Made by a program: the position numbers and the translations under genes | Shown: one piece after another, positions 35,153-47,200 of the stretch | How the letters are laid out: every line of letters begins with the position of its first letter | Position numbering within the stretch: the first letter of the stretch is position 1 | Notes under the pieces: model-generated | Told to the model about the DNA's origin: nothing | The model's database searches: none | What the model saw: only the letters and a program-made list of their open reading frames with translations | Source of the DNA: Ascoidea asiatica JCM 7603 | Taxonomy: Eukaryota; Fungi; Ascomycota | Length of the DNA: 64,000 nucleotides | Assembly: GCA_001600695.1 (NCBI GenBank) | Contig: BCKQ01000011.1 | Span: forward strand, 287,678 to 351,677 | Reading direction: 5' to 3'

Positions 35153-36207
35153 ACATTCTCAATGAAAAAGCTTTTTTTATATTATTTTTTTATACAATTA
35201 TCAAGAATAGCAAACAAATAATAAAAGGTAGCAATCAAATATATAAAAATGACCTATTTTAACATACTAACAATTTTAAGGTTAATTAAAGTTTGTTTCT
35301 CTACATGCTCATTGGGATTTTAATTACCTGAGTTGTTTTACGAGTTGACATATGAGACCCAGATCATGTGATCAAAAAAAAGCATGAAGTATTATACAAT
35401 TCGTATTAATCTTTCACTTGATGATTTCGGATTAAATTTGAGAAGCTTTTCTATTTACAATAAATGCAATACTTTTTTACAATTTTCCAAATATTTTAAA
35501 ACTGTTGATAATTGTTTATTATCGCCATTAGGGGATAAAAAAGTATAATTTGTGGTAAAATAGCACACCCTACAGTAATACAACAAGATGGTACTTGTGA
35601 CAACTATCTTATTGTTTTTTTGAACTTTTTATATCCAAATTTTAAAAACTATTCAATTTTAAGTAGTAAAATAGATGTTTTAATGCTCCATCAATCAAAA
35701 CATCAATGGCTTTTTACTTTTAATATTAAATTCAAGAATAATTACAATTTAATTCGAGTGGCAAAAAGAACAAAATTTATACAACTACCTTTTTAATAGT
35801 GAGAATAACAGAATAATAATATAAAAAGCCATAACGTGGGGTGAGATACCAAAATAGTATTTTTGGTTAGATGATAAAGAATAATCGAAGCTTTTATTAC
35901 TACAAAATTGATTTTATAAGGAATATTAATTAATGAATAATGAATTTTGATTGATAATTATAGAATATAGATTAGATATTGATTGATTTTCATTGAGAGA
36001 AAACTGTATGTATTTGGTTATGAGAGAGAGAGAACTGTTGAAAAAAGAATTGAAAAAAAGACATAGCATATTTGGAATGAGAATTTTAATGCAAAGAAAG
36101 AGAAATTAAATAGAAAAAAAAAAGTATCATGAAAAAAGAATAAAATAGAATAAAAAAGAATATAAAAAAAAAGAAGAATTGAATAACTTTTTTTTTTTTT
36201 TAAAAAA

Positions 36208-37974
36208 TTAAGCATTTTCAGGTTCTTGATAATTTGTACTTCTATTATTAATATTTCTAATATTATATTCACCATGAAGTTCTTCAGCTAATTGTTCTAA
36301 AGATTTTTGTTTTGTTTCAGGTATTAAAAATGAAGTAAAAATTCCTAAACACATAAATAAAGCAAGAATTTCCATTACATGAGGTAAAAAACAATTTTGA
36401 TTATCAGAAGAACACCCATGATTAACTAAAGAACCAAAAATTGATTGAGCAATAACAGCACCTAATTTACCACTTGCAGCAGAAATACCATGAGCTCTTG
36501 ATCTAAATTTTGTTGGAAAACATTCTGCAGGTAAGATGAAAGTAGTTGTATTTGGACCAAAATTTTGAAAAAATTCTGCAAAAATATATAAAGCAAATAA
36601 ACCTTTTTCACCAACTTTATTATAACCAAAACCAATAATACAAAAAATTATAGTTAAAATTATAAAACCACCAATTTGAATTGGTTTTCTACCAATTTTA
36701 TCAATTGTAAAACATGTAACCCAATAACCAGGTATAGAACCAGCAGCAATTAAAATTAAATTACCTGCAGCAATATTATACATTTTATCATAAATATTTT
36801 TATCACTTGCATAACCAATAGCTTCTAAAATTACAGCAGTATTTAAACCAAGACCATAAAATGAAATATCTAAAAGGAACCAAGAAGAAGCTGCACCTAA
36901 TAAAATTTTAAAATGTTTCCATTGTTTAAAATGATTATAAAAAGAACCTAAATCATGATTAATTTCATGATTATCTAAAACTTTTGATTTTATATTTAAA
37001 TCATTATCATCATTTGATTTTGAATTTGAATTTGAATTTGAAACCATTTCAATGGTATCATTATTAATGTTATTAATATTATAATCTTGAATTGGAGCAT
37101 TACCTTTTTTATTTGAAATAAAATGATTAGTATCAGCTTCCATTTTATCAATATCATCTTCAACATCAATTGTATATCTTGGAGATTCAGGAATTGTGAA
37201 TCTGAAATAAAGAGCACAAATACCAGGTACAGCACCAAAACCAACTAAAACTCTCCACATTTTATCCATTGCAAGAATACAAACTTCAGTACATTCATTA
37301 ACATTTTCAGCATAAATTAATTGATCTTTCCAAGCTACAACACAAATTAAAGCAACTAAAGCAGCTAATAATTGACCCCAACCTTGATTTGCAAAAACTG
37401 CAGTCATAATTGCACCTCTATTTCTTGTAGTTGCAAATTCTGAAGTTATTACACTTGATAATGAATAATCACCACCAATACCAATACCCATACAAATTTT
37501 AACAAAAGTAAAAATTGCAACAAAATTTATTGCAGGACTTTTACCTAAAACAGTTTGAAAAATTGTACATGATACCATAATCATTAATTCTAAACCATAA
37601 ATTTTTTTTCTACCAAATAAATCTGCTAATATACCAAAACCTAATTGACCAATAATTGTACCAACAGTTGTAGATACTTTAAATAAAGTTTGAATTGAAT
37701 CACTTGCATGACCAGGACCATTAACAGAAGAACCCCAATAAACATAACCTAACATTGTTACAGCTAAATTTATTGCAAAAATATCATAAGTATCAGTTAA
37801 AAAACCAACACCACCAACCATGATTGTTCTAACATGATACCAACCAAATTTTGCATTATCAATTTTTTCTAAAGCTAATCTTCTTCTTTCTGTTGGATCT
37901 TGAATATCAGCAAAATCATCTAAATAATTATGAAAACCTTTTTCAGCAATATTATTTTCTTTATCTGTTGACAT
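36208..37974 (-). CDS. PHO84: High-affinity phosphate:H+ symporter (MFS)
   Basis: ERRRLALEKIDNAKFGWYH, GVGFLTDTYDIF, GIGIGGDY, RGAIMTAVFANQGWG, TIPESPRY, FFQNFGPNTTTF, LIPETK. Confidence 0.95.
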   Translation of the reverse strand: MSTDKENNIAEKGFHNYLDDFADIQDPTERRRLALEKIDNAKFGWYHVRTIMVGGVGFLTDTYDIFAINLAVTMLGYVYWGSSVNGPGHASDSIQTLFKVSTTVGTIIGQLGFGILADLFGRKKIYGLELMIMVSCTIFQTVLGKSPAINFVAIFTFVKICMGIGIGGDYSLSSVITSEFATTRNRGAIMTAVFANQGWGQLLAALVALICVVAWKDQLIYAENVNECTEVCILAMDKMWRVLVGFGAVPGICALYFRFTIPESPRYTIDVEDDIDKMEADTNHFISNKKGNAPIQDYNINNINNDTIEMVSNSNSNSKSNDDNDLNIKSKVLDNHEINHDLGSFYNHFKQWKHFKILLGAASSWFLLDISFYGLGLNTAVILEAIGYASDKNIYDKMYNIAAGNLILIAAGSIPGYWVTCFTIDKIGRKPIQIGGFIILTIIFCIIGFGYNKVGEKGLFALYIFAEFFQNFGPNTTTFILPAECFPTKFRSRAHGISAASGKLGAVIAQSIFGSLVNHGCSSDNQNCFLPHVMEILALFMCLGIFTSFLIPETKQKSLEQLAEELHGEYNIRNINNRSTNYQEPENA

Positions 37975-38568
37975 TTTATATATTGTATATTATATATATA
38001 TTATTTTATTAGGTAATTTGTCTTATGACTTTTATATTAATATTAGAACTAATGAGTGCTAATGAAAATAATAATAATAATAATTATTATTATATGCAGT
38101 ATAATATAATATAATATGAAGTTATTTAATTAATAGAAAAGAATAGTAAAATTATTAAATAAATGAACTAAATTGTTAAGTGGGCACACGACATTATTTA
38201 TATAAGTTAAGAATATAAATTTAAAATAGTAAATTCTCGTGTGCTTTTATTATTTCAACTCATCGCTTTTTTGATTTGATTATAATTTTAAATTTGCTTT
38301 ATTTTTTTTTATTATTTTTTGATTGTTTTTTTTTTATATGTTTTCTTTTATGAAATTGAATAAAATTGAATGAAATTGAATAAATTGAGTGGGAAATTGA
38401 GAAAAATTGCGAAACTTTAATATATTCAAAGCAAATTAAGTCAAAAATATTTGGTTTATTGCTTTTATTGCTTTTTTCTCAGCCAGCGGAAAACGAGAAA
38501 GCAGCGAATAAAATCAAAGCTCGGCAGCTCGAGCTTTGGCGCTGTCCGTTTTGGGAACGGCGAGGGTC

Positions 38569-38939
38569 CACGTGGGACCGCCCATCACCGGGAAATGCAG
38601 AAGGGTGCGTATGCTGGAGAGGAGTTTCCGAATTGAGGAACAAACTGCCTGTTGCTCTTGCAACGGCGGATTGTGAGGAAAACCCAAACAGCAAGGTACG
38701 AGCACACGCATGGGTACCTTCACTCTGGTTTTTAGGTAGCTTTGAGTGTTACCCTGATGTTGCACGTGTTAAATCACCTGACCAATACACATGTGACCAC
38801 TCACGTGCTATGTTTTTTTTCTTTCTTTCTTCTTTCTCTTTCTTCTTTCTCCCAGTTCCACTCCGCGAGTCCCCGCTTGACCCCAGAGAATGTTTTCGTT
38901 GAGTGTGTTCGTTGCTGTTCTTCTTCTCCCAGCCACGTG
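38569..38939. promoter_or_regulatory. Cluster of four CACGTG E-boxes (Pho4/Cbf1-type) in the PHO84/TKL1 divergent promoter
   Basis: CACGTG at 38569, 38763, 38802 and 38934. Pho4 binds CACGTG upstream of PHO84 in other yeasts. Confidence 0.75.
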
Positions 38940-39472
38940 ACATTCCCTCTCTTCCCTCTCTCTTCCCTCTCTCTTCCCTCTCTCTTCTCTTCTCTTCTCT
39001 CTTTCTCTCGATGGCACCAGATGTTGCACTTGTCTTCGGATATAAACACTGCTCAGTAACAACAGTAGTAGTAGTAGTAAGAGTAGTGTACCACTGTCAT
39101 AGTTAACGTCACTTTTCACTTTTCACCCTACTTTTTACCTTTCTTTTTATCATAGATTTACTCTCTAGATCCTCTCATCGCTATAAAATTATTAACTTTC
39201 ATTATTAATTATTAATCATTAATCATAATTCACTAATCCTTAATAATTAATAAATAATATATAATATAAAATAAATAATATATATTCTTCTTTAATCCGT
39301 TAAATTGAATCATTCAATTCATATAAACTAATCTCAATTAATATAAATTAATATAAATTCATATAAATTGATTAGATCTTTCAATTATATTTATCAATTT
39401 ATATTATATTACATATTTTATATTATATTTTAACTTTCAATCATATTTAATAAATTAAAATCAAATTTAAAA

Positions 39473-41515
39473 ATGTCTGATTTAGATAAACTTGCAATCT
39501 CAACAATTAGATTATTATCTGTTGATCAAGTTTTTAAAGCAAATTCTGGTCATCCAGGTGCTCCATTAGGTCTTGCACCAATTGCTCATTTAATTTGGAA
39601 ACAAATGAATATAAATTCAAAAAATCCAAATTGGTTAAATAGAGATAGATTTGTACTTTCAAATGGTCATTCTGTTGCTTTATATTATTCACTTTTACAT
39701 TTATTTGGTTTTAAATTATCAATTGAAGATTTAAAAAATTTTAGACAAATTAATTCAAAAACTCCTGGTCATCCAGAAAATCATACTGATGGTATTGATG
39801 TTACTACAGGTCCTTTAGGTCAAGGTATTGCAAATGCAATTGGTATGGCTATTGCTCAAGAATATATATCTTCAACTTTTAATAAAAAAAATTATATAAT
39901 TTCTGATAATTATACTTATGCAATCTTAGGTGATGGTTGTTTAATGGAAGGTGTTGCTTCTGAAGCAATGTCTTTAGCTGGTCATTTAAAATTATCAAAA
40001 TTAATTGTAATTTATGATGATAATCATATTTCTATAGATGGTAATACTAATGTTGCTTTCACTGAAGATGTTACAAAAAGATTAGAATCTTATGGTTGGG
40101 AAGTTTTACATGTTCAAAATGGTAATACTGATTTAAATTCAATGTTAATTGCTTTAAATAAAGCTAAATTATCAAATAAACCAACTTGTATAAAATTAAC
40201 AACAACTATTGGTTTTGGTTCTTTAAATGCTGGTACTGCTTCTGTTCATGGTTCTCCATTAAAATCTGATGATATAAAACAATTAAAATTAAAATTTGGT
40301 TTTAATCCTGAAAAATCTTTTTATGTTCCTGATGAAGTTTATAAATTTTATCAAAATGAAACAATTTTACCATCAATTAAAAAAGAAGAAAATTGGAATA
40401 AATTAATTGAAAATTATATTATTGATTATCCAAATGAAGGTAAATTATTAAAAAGATTAATTAATAATAAATTACCTGAAAGTTGGTTTAATTCATTACC
40501 AACTTATAAAATTGGTGAAAAATCAATAGCTTCAAGAAAAATGAGTGAAATTGTTTTACAATCAATTCATCAAGTTTTACCTGAATTAATTGGTGGTTCT
40601 GCAGATTTAACAGGTTCAAATTTAACAAGATGGAAAAATGCTATTGATTTTCAACCTCCAACTTCAGGTTTAGGTGATTATTCTGGTAGATATATAAGAT
40701 ATGGTGTAAGAGAACATGGTATGGGTGCAATTATGAATGGTATTTCTGCTTATGGTTATAATTTAAAACCATATGGTGGAACTTTTTTAAATTTTGTTTC
40801 TTATGCTTCTGGTGCTGTAAGATTATCTGCACTTTCTGGTCATCCAGTAATTTGGGTTGCAACTCATGATTCTATTGGTCTTGGTGAAGATGGTCCAACT
40901 CATCAACCTATAGAAACTTTAGCTCATTTTAGAGCTTTACCAAATATTATGGTTTGGAGACCTGCTGATGGTAATGAAGTTTCTGCTGCTTATTATAAAG
41001 CAATTTCTTCAACTTCAACTCCTTCAATTATTGCTTTATCAAGACAAAATTTATCTGTTTTACAAGGTTCTTCAATTAAAAAAGCTTTAAAAGGTGCTTA
41101 TACTTTATATAAACCAAATTCAGAAAAAATTGATTTAATTTTAATTTCAACAGGTTCTGAAGTTGAAATTTGTTTAAGTTCTGCAAAAGATTTAAATTCT
41201 AAAAATGGTTTAAATATTTCTGTTGTTTCAATTCCTGATTTTCATACTTTTGATCAACAATCAATTGATTATAAATTAAGTGTTTTACCTGATAATGTAC
41301 CAATTTTATCTGTTGAAGTTATGTCAACAAGTGGTTGGGCTAAATATTCTCATGCTCAATTTGGTATTGATAGATTTGGTGCTTCTGGTAAAGGTCCAGA
41401 TTTATATAAATTCTTTGGTTTCACCACTGAAGGTATTAATGAAAAAGCTTTAAAAACAATTGAATTTTTTAAAAATAAAAAATTAATTTCTCCATTACAA
41501 ACTCCATTCAATTAA
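39473..41515 (+). CDS. TKL1: Transketolase
   Basis: ANSGHPGAPLG, NRDRFVLSNGH, TPP motif GDGCLMEG, GGSADLTGSN, YGVREHGM, THDSIGLGEDGPTHQPIE. Confidence 0.97.
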   Translation: MSDLDKLAISTIRLLSVDQVFKANSGHPGAPLGLAPIAHLIWKQMNINSKNPNWLNRDRFVLSNGHSVALYYSLLHLFGFKLSIEDLKNFRQINSKTPGHPENHTDGIDVTTGPLGQGIANAIGMAIAQEYISSTFNKKNYIISDNYTYAILGDGCLMEGVASEAMSLAGHLKLSKLIVIYDDNHISIDGNTNVAFTEDVTKRLESYGWEVLHVQNGNTDLNSMLIALNKAKLSNKPTCIKLTTTIGFGSLNAGTASVHGSPLKSDDIKQLKLKFGFNPEKSFYVPDEVYKFYQNETILPSIKKEENWNKLIENYIIDYPNEGKLLKRLINNKLPESWFNSLPTYKIGEKSIASRKMSEIVLQSIHQVLPELIGGSADLTGSNLTRWKNAIDFQPPTSGLGDYSGRYIRYGVREHGMGAIMNGISAYGYNLKPYGGTFLNFVSYASGAVRLSALSGHPVIWVATHDSIGLGEDGPTHQPIETLAHFRALPNIMVWRPADGNEVSAAYYKAISSTSTPSIIALSRQNLSVLQGSSIKKALKGAYTLYKPNSEKIDLILISTGSEVEICLSSAKDLNSKNGLNISVVSIPDFHTFDQQSIDYKLSVLPDNVPILSVEVMSTSGWAKYSHAQFGIDRFGASGKGPDLYKFFGFTTEGINEKALKTIEFFKNKKLISPLQTPFN

Positions 41516-41633
41516 ATAATTTAACTTATTTATATATTTATTTACTTCACTTTTTTTTTTACATTTACTTACTTGTTGATTTATTATATATGTATGATAA
41601 AATGAAAGAATGAATTTAAGATTATTTTTTGTA

Positions 41634-41664
<31 letters not shown>

Positions 41665-41836
41665 GTTAGCGTATTGAAATGTGATTCATTTAATCTCGTT
41701 TTAAAGTAATCGTATTCTACAAATATTACAATTATATTGAATAAAAATAAAAATAAAAATAAAAATAAAAGTAAATTGAAATAAATTTTAAATAGGTAAA
41801 TTAATTATAAAAGAGAAAAAAAAAATTCATATGAAT

Positions 41837-42533
41837 TTAATCTAATTGAGCTTTCCATAAACCATCATTTAAATAATGAAGTAATTCTACACCAATGCCT
41901 TTATTAAGAGATTTAATTTCTTCAGTAGAAAGTGTTAATCTACCAATTGCTAAAGCATTTTTTTTACCTTCAGCATTAACAATAACTATAGAATCCTTTT
42001 GTAAATTATTATCATCATTTGGTAAAATTGCACCTTTTGATGTTAAACCTGGACACATAATATTTGCACCAGATAAAACAAATTTAATTGCACCTCTATC
42101 AACTTGTACAGTTAAATTTTGAAAATTTGAAGGATATTTATGAATAATTTTTAATGAAGGTATTAATTCATTAAAATGATCATAGAATATAACTTGATTA
42201 TTTATAACATATAAAATTATATTATCTTCACATTTAATTTGAATTAATTGAGATTTTTTTGGTACTATATCATCTATTATTGGTTCTAAAGTTGGAAATT
42301 GTCTAACTAATTTGGCTTTTAAATTTCTTTGAACTGAAGATTTAATATTTGATCTTATATGAATATCTTCTTTTGTAAATCTATTAAATTTAAATTATTA
42401 ATCATTATGATAATTAGTTTGTTGATTTTTATATAAAGTTAGTATGTTTTTCAAGATTTTAGTTGGATTTCATAATGAAGATCATTTCAAATGATTGGAC
42501 TTGAATGAATTATTTTACATACTTTTTAAACAT
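41837..42533 (-). CDS. TMA20: Translation machinery-associated protein 20 (MCT-1, PUA domain), two exons: 42533-42523 and 42380-41837
   Basis: Intron 42522-42381 (GTATGT, TACTAAC at 42444-42438, TAG). Spliced product MFKKFTKEDIHIRSNIKSSVQR...QVDRGAIKFVLSGANIMCPGLTS...HYLNDGLW. Confidence 0.95.
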
Positions 42534-43061
42534 TTTGAAAGGAAAGAAATTGATAATGAATTGAATAATATAAATCAAGTAATTAAAAGTATTCAGGATA
42601 TAATACTAATTGAAATATTTGTCAATTTATTGAAATCAGTTTAAGTAACTTATTCAATTCTTCAATGTTTTCAAAGGCAAACTCAATTAAAAATAAATTA
42701 ATTTCCCAGAAAATTTTAGAAGCAAACGCTAAAAAGAAGACGAAACGAACAGCTGTAATTCTGTTTCTGTAGGGATACAGAATGGTATTCCGTGACACGA
42801 TGTCTAACTAACGAGCTATTTTACAATTTTAATACTGTTTTTAAAGGGGTTTATTCTAAGCTTACAATATGATTTTGATTTAAGTATTTATTTATCGATG
42901 CTATTTATTGATGTTATTCATTAATGTTATTTATTGATATTGTTTATTAATATCGACTTGCTTGTATTCGTCCAATATTTATTGAGTTATGTTAAGTAAA
43001 GATAGGACTCGAGTAAATTCATATATGATATTTGTTATGTATAATATCAGAATATCATTCC

Positions 43062-43436
43062 TTATTGCAATAAACGAAGCTTTTGTTTTCTTTCAACCAT
43101 TCTACTTGGAGGTTGGACTTTCGATCCATACCAATTATATCTGAATCCAATTTCATGAGCTAGGATTTCTCCAAAACCCAACATCATTCCATTGATGAAA
43201 GGTAAAATTAAATTAATTGAAGATGAGGTGATAAAATTCCATATACTAAATGTAATCTCTTCTTCTTCTTCTTCGTCTTCGTCCTCATCTCTCACTATTC
43301 TAGAATTATCAATTGTGCGATGTACGTTTTGAATATCACTAAAGTCATCATTAACATCCATTTTTATTGGTTTAATATCACTTGCAGAAGCTTTTAATAG
43401 CTCTATATAATTCTGAATCTCACTTGATGAATCCAT
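43062..43436 (-). CDS. MIM1: Mitochondrial outer-membrane import protein Mim1 (Tom13)
   Basis: SINLILPFINGMMLGFGEILAHEIGFRYNW is the Mim1 signature. First ATG at 43436. Confidence 0.92.
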   Translation of the reverse strand: MDSSSEIQNYIELLKASASDIKPIKMDVNDDFSDIQNVHRTIDNSRIVRDEDEDEEEEEEITFSIWNFITSSSINLILPFINGMMLGFGEILAHEIGFRYNWYGSKVQPPSRMVERKQKLRLLQ

Positions 43437-44227
43437 TTTTAATAATACAATCTCACACACTAGATTTCTAACTTTCACTGCACAAATATTCTCAAATACT
43501 CTGACAATGGATAGCAAGTTGTAGATTAATTATTTATCCTAATATTGTTTTCTTTATAATGATTTTTCCTGATGTCCATCACTATTTTTCTTTCTTCTTC
43601 TCTTCCTTCTCTAACTTCTTCTGATGCTTCTTCTTTTTGACGTTTTCGGTCTGTTCTTGAATATGGGCAATATTTCCGGAGTGATCCTTGGTGAAACAAA
43701 CTTGATCCTTCTTCCGGAAAAAATATAAGCGAGAAATTATAAGGACAAATATATGTGTCAGGACGTAATTTTCTGTTAGGTCATTAATGATTGTGTGAGT
43801 GTAGGTATATCAATGTAATGTACTTTAAGGTGCATGCATGCTTACGGTGGCATGTCCTAACATTGCTAAACATTTTACTTTGAGACCAATATCTTGGGCT
43901 GTCTCAATGATTCTTTATTTATTTTCCAAATATCAAAATATCAATATTTAATGAATTTAGTTTATTAAAAAGTCTATTAACTTTAATTAATTACCCTTAA
44001 TTTTTAAATGAAATAACATTTATTTTCTTTATACAATCCTTATCTGAATTATCAGACTTATAATAGTTCTAGTAATTGTAATAGGTTTCTTCATTTTTTT
44101 CCCATAGGTTTTGTTTTTAATGGCTTCTCAATGGAATTACTCTTAAATCTCAAATTTATTCATATCACTTAAATTCCTAAAATAAAAAAAGAGCCTTGAA
44201 AAACTTTTTAGAAGCACTTTAGAAATT

Positions 44228-47200
44228 ATGGCAACTTCCGTTTTAAATAATCAAAATTTTCTTTATATTATAGATAGTGATGATGATTATCTTGATATTG
44301 ATATTGATATAGATATTGATAATGAAAGTGAAAAAGAAATTCGAAATAAAAATAAAAATAAAAATAAAAATATAAACAATAATCAATTTCTCACTTATAA
44401 TTCAAGCCATAATGGAAAAAAACGTACTTCAAAAAATATTCATATAGTCTCTCAACAGAAGCAATATAATAGAGCTAAAAGGAATCAAAATTATCATTCT
44501 AGAAATCCATCTAACTTTTTCAGGGTGAATAATGGTATGAATAGTGATCATTTTGGAGAAGATAGTAATACTCTACATACAATCAATGTGACTACTGATA
44601 ATGATGATGACGATGATGATGAATCAATAATTCTTGTAAAAGGTGAAACAAATATCAATCGGTTGACACCCCAGCCTGGGAATAAAAGATTAAAAAAAGA
44701 ACTGAATAATATTGAAGAAGAGAAAATAAATAATAGCAAAAGAGTAAAGACAAAGAACATTGAAAAACCTTTCAATTATTATTCAGCTCATTCAAATACA
44801 AGAGTCAATGAAAAAATGAAGGATTTCAAATCAGCTCCAAATTCTAACATTTACAGCTTGTATCATAAGAATTTTATAAAATCAGAACCCATATCAGTAG
44901 GTAATATAACAACTGATGACTCAATAACTAATAATTCAACAACTGATATTTCTTCAACTGATGTGGAGTATTTACCTTCTGGGGGTATTGTAGACTCTAA
45001 GGATTTTCAAGAATTTAATAAATCTAAGAAATTGAAAGAATCTCAAATTGATCAAGAATCCAAAGAAACCAAAGAATATTCGAGTTCGGAAGAATCAACA
45101 GATTCTGAAGATTCCGAAGACTCTGAATATGATTTTGATTATGAATATCAAGCATATTTTTCCAATGAAAAAAACGTATATAGAAAAAATTTGTTACAAA
45201 ATTTTTCTGATTTAAATTTTGATAATTTTTCATTCAATGGTCTACAAAGTTTATATCTAAATAATGAAAAATTAATCTTAAGTTTTTTATTAAATTTTAA
45301 TAAAAATGAAACTTTAAATGGTTTAACAAAAAACTGGAAAATTTTAAAATTAGTATTATTTTTAATATTACCCAATTTCAATAAATTCATCAACTTCATC
45401 AATTTAATTAAAATTAATTTCACCAAAGAAAATGCTGAAAAATCAAAAAGTAAAACAAATAATTCTAATGATAATCAAGATAATACAGATATTCAAACCA
45501 TTCCAAGTAGTCAAAATGAAAAATCTAAATCTAAAGTGAGATATAAAGCTCTGAAACTAGAAATTCTTGAAAGTCCATATGCTGAACCAATTAATACCTT
45601 CAATCCTAGAAAAGAACAATATCCAGAAATAATTAGTGAAAAAGAAAATATATACTATGAGACTGAAGATAAAATTTATGATAAAGATATTGATCTCAAA
45701 GATGTAATTGGTAAAGATTTGATAAGAAATTTATATGAAATTTTACCAAGTGAAAGTTCAGTAAATTTCAACAAACTTGAAATTGAAGAAAGATTTAATA
45801 GTAAATTATATTTGACTGACAATATAATTTTAGATGATTCAATTAAATCGATTAATAAGCTTTTAAGTTATCTCAATAATATAGTGAAAAAAATTTCAAA
45901 TAAAAATATTACAAGTGAAAATGAAGAATATAATGATAATTTTGAGGATTTTGAAGATTTTGAAAATTTGATAAAATTCTTTGAAAAAATTTATTTTGAA
46001 CCAATTTTAAGTTTTTTTCCAAATGAAGATTTATCTTTCTTTAAAAATTATAGACTTGAAAATAATGATGATTCTCAAAATAATGAAAATAATGATTTAA
46101 TAATAAAAAGTTGTTTTATCAAAGAAGATTTAGATTTAAAATTAGATAAAATGATATTATTAATTGATTTTAAATTGCATACAGAAGTTAAATTATTTAA
46201 AAATTTCTTGAAAAAAAAAATTAAGAAAAAGACATATTTTGTTTATCAAATAATCTCAAATATCTTAAAAGAAATATTAACATTTTGTTTAATCTCGAAT
46301 TGTTTTAATTTTTTAATAATCGATTCAAATCAAAATAAAGATAATAAAAATGATGAAAAAGATAATGAAATAATTTTTTTAAAATTTGATTTAACAGATT
46401 TAGAATTAAATGATATACCTATAGATCATTTATCATCTGTTAAAGAAATTAAATTCAAATACATGATTTTTTCAGATTATAATATATCATTTAATATGTC
46501 ATTACTTTTTATTTTATCAGTTTGTTTAGATGATGAAAATAATAATCAATTTGAATTTAATGAATATAGTTATAGTTATAATAGTGAGTTTGAAAATGAA
46601 ATTGAGAATGGAAATGTAATAAAAAATAAAGAAGATAAAATTGAAAGTGAGAATGAATTTGAAAATTCATTTCAAGAGGCAGTTGATAAGCTTAAAAAAG
46701 AGTTTAAAGAACAATTTAATCAAAGTATAGGTCCAGAAAGTGACAATGATGAAAACTCTAAGGATAACGTTAATGAGAACATGAATGATAAATCTAATGA
46801 AAAATCTTTTGATCTGTCTTTTGATAAGTCTAATGTTAAACTGAAGAGCAAAAAAGAAAATAAATTAGAAAATAAATATGAATATCAAGTTGATGAAGAT
46901 GGAACTAAATATAAGTATCTGTATCAGAGTAATAAAGTAGAAGATGAACATGAAAGTGAACAAGATAATATGGAATATAGTTCTGAATATGATGAAGGAA
47001 ATGATCATATTTATAGGAGTTATGAAGAAATTAAAGAAGAAGTTATAAGGAAATTAACGTATAATAGTAGAAGTTATAAAAGACAATCCATTAAAAGAAA
47101 TGGATATAGATATTGTAAGAATAGATTTAATTTAGAAAAAGAAAGTATTTTCAATAGAAATAATGATTATGAATTTAATAGTTATAAAGATTTAAAATAT

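Noticed and set aside
35360-35440. CDEI-like ATCACATG (minus strand), considered as a point centromere because CIT3/PDH1 flank CEN16 in S. cerevisiae
   Set aside because: No convincing CDEII/CDEIII arrangement. Similar E-boxes occur at many promoters (6514, 12505, 15260), and point centromeres are not expected outside Saccharomycetaceae.
38451-39119. Nine overlapping short ORFs on both strands
   Set aside because: They are a by-product of stop-codon scarcity in a GC-rich promoter island, with no local codon bias or recognisable motifs.
41837-42058. Apparently truncated 73-aa TMA20 suggesting a pseudogene or recoding
   Set aside because: Fully explained by an 11-nt first exon and a canonical intron.
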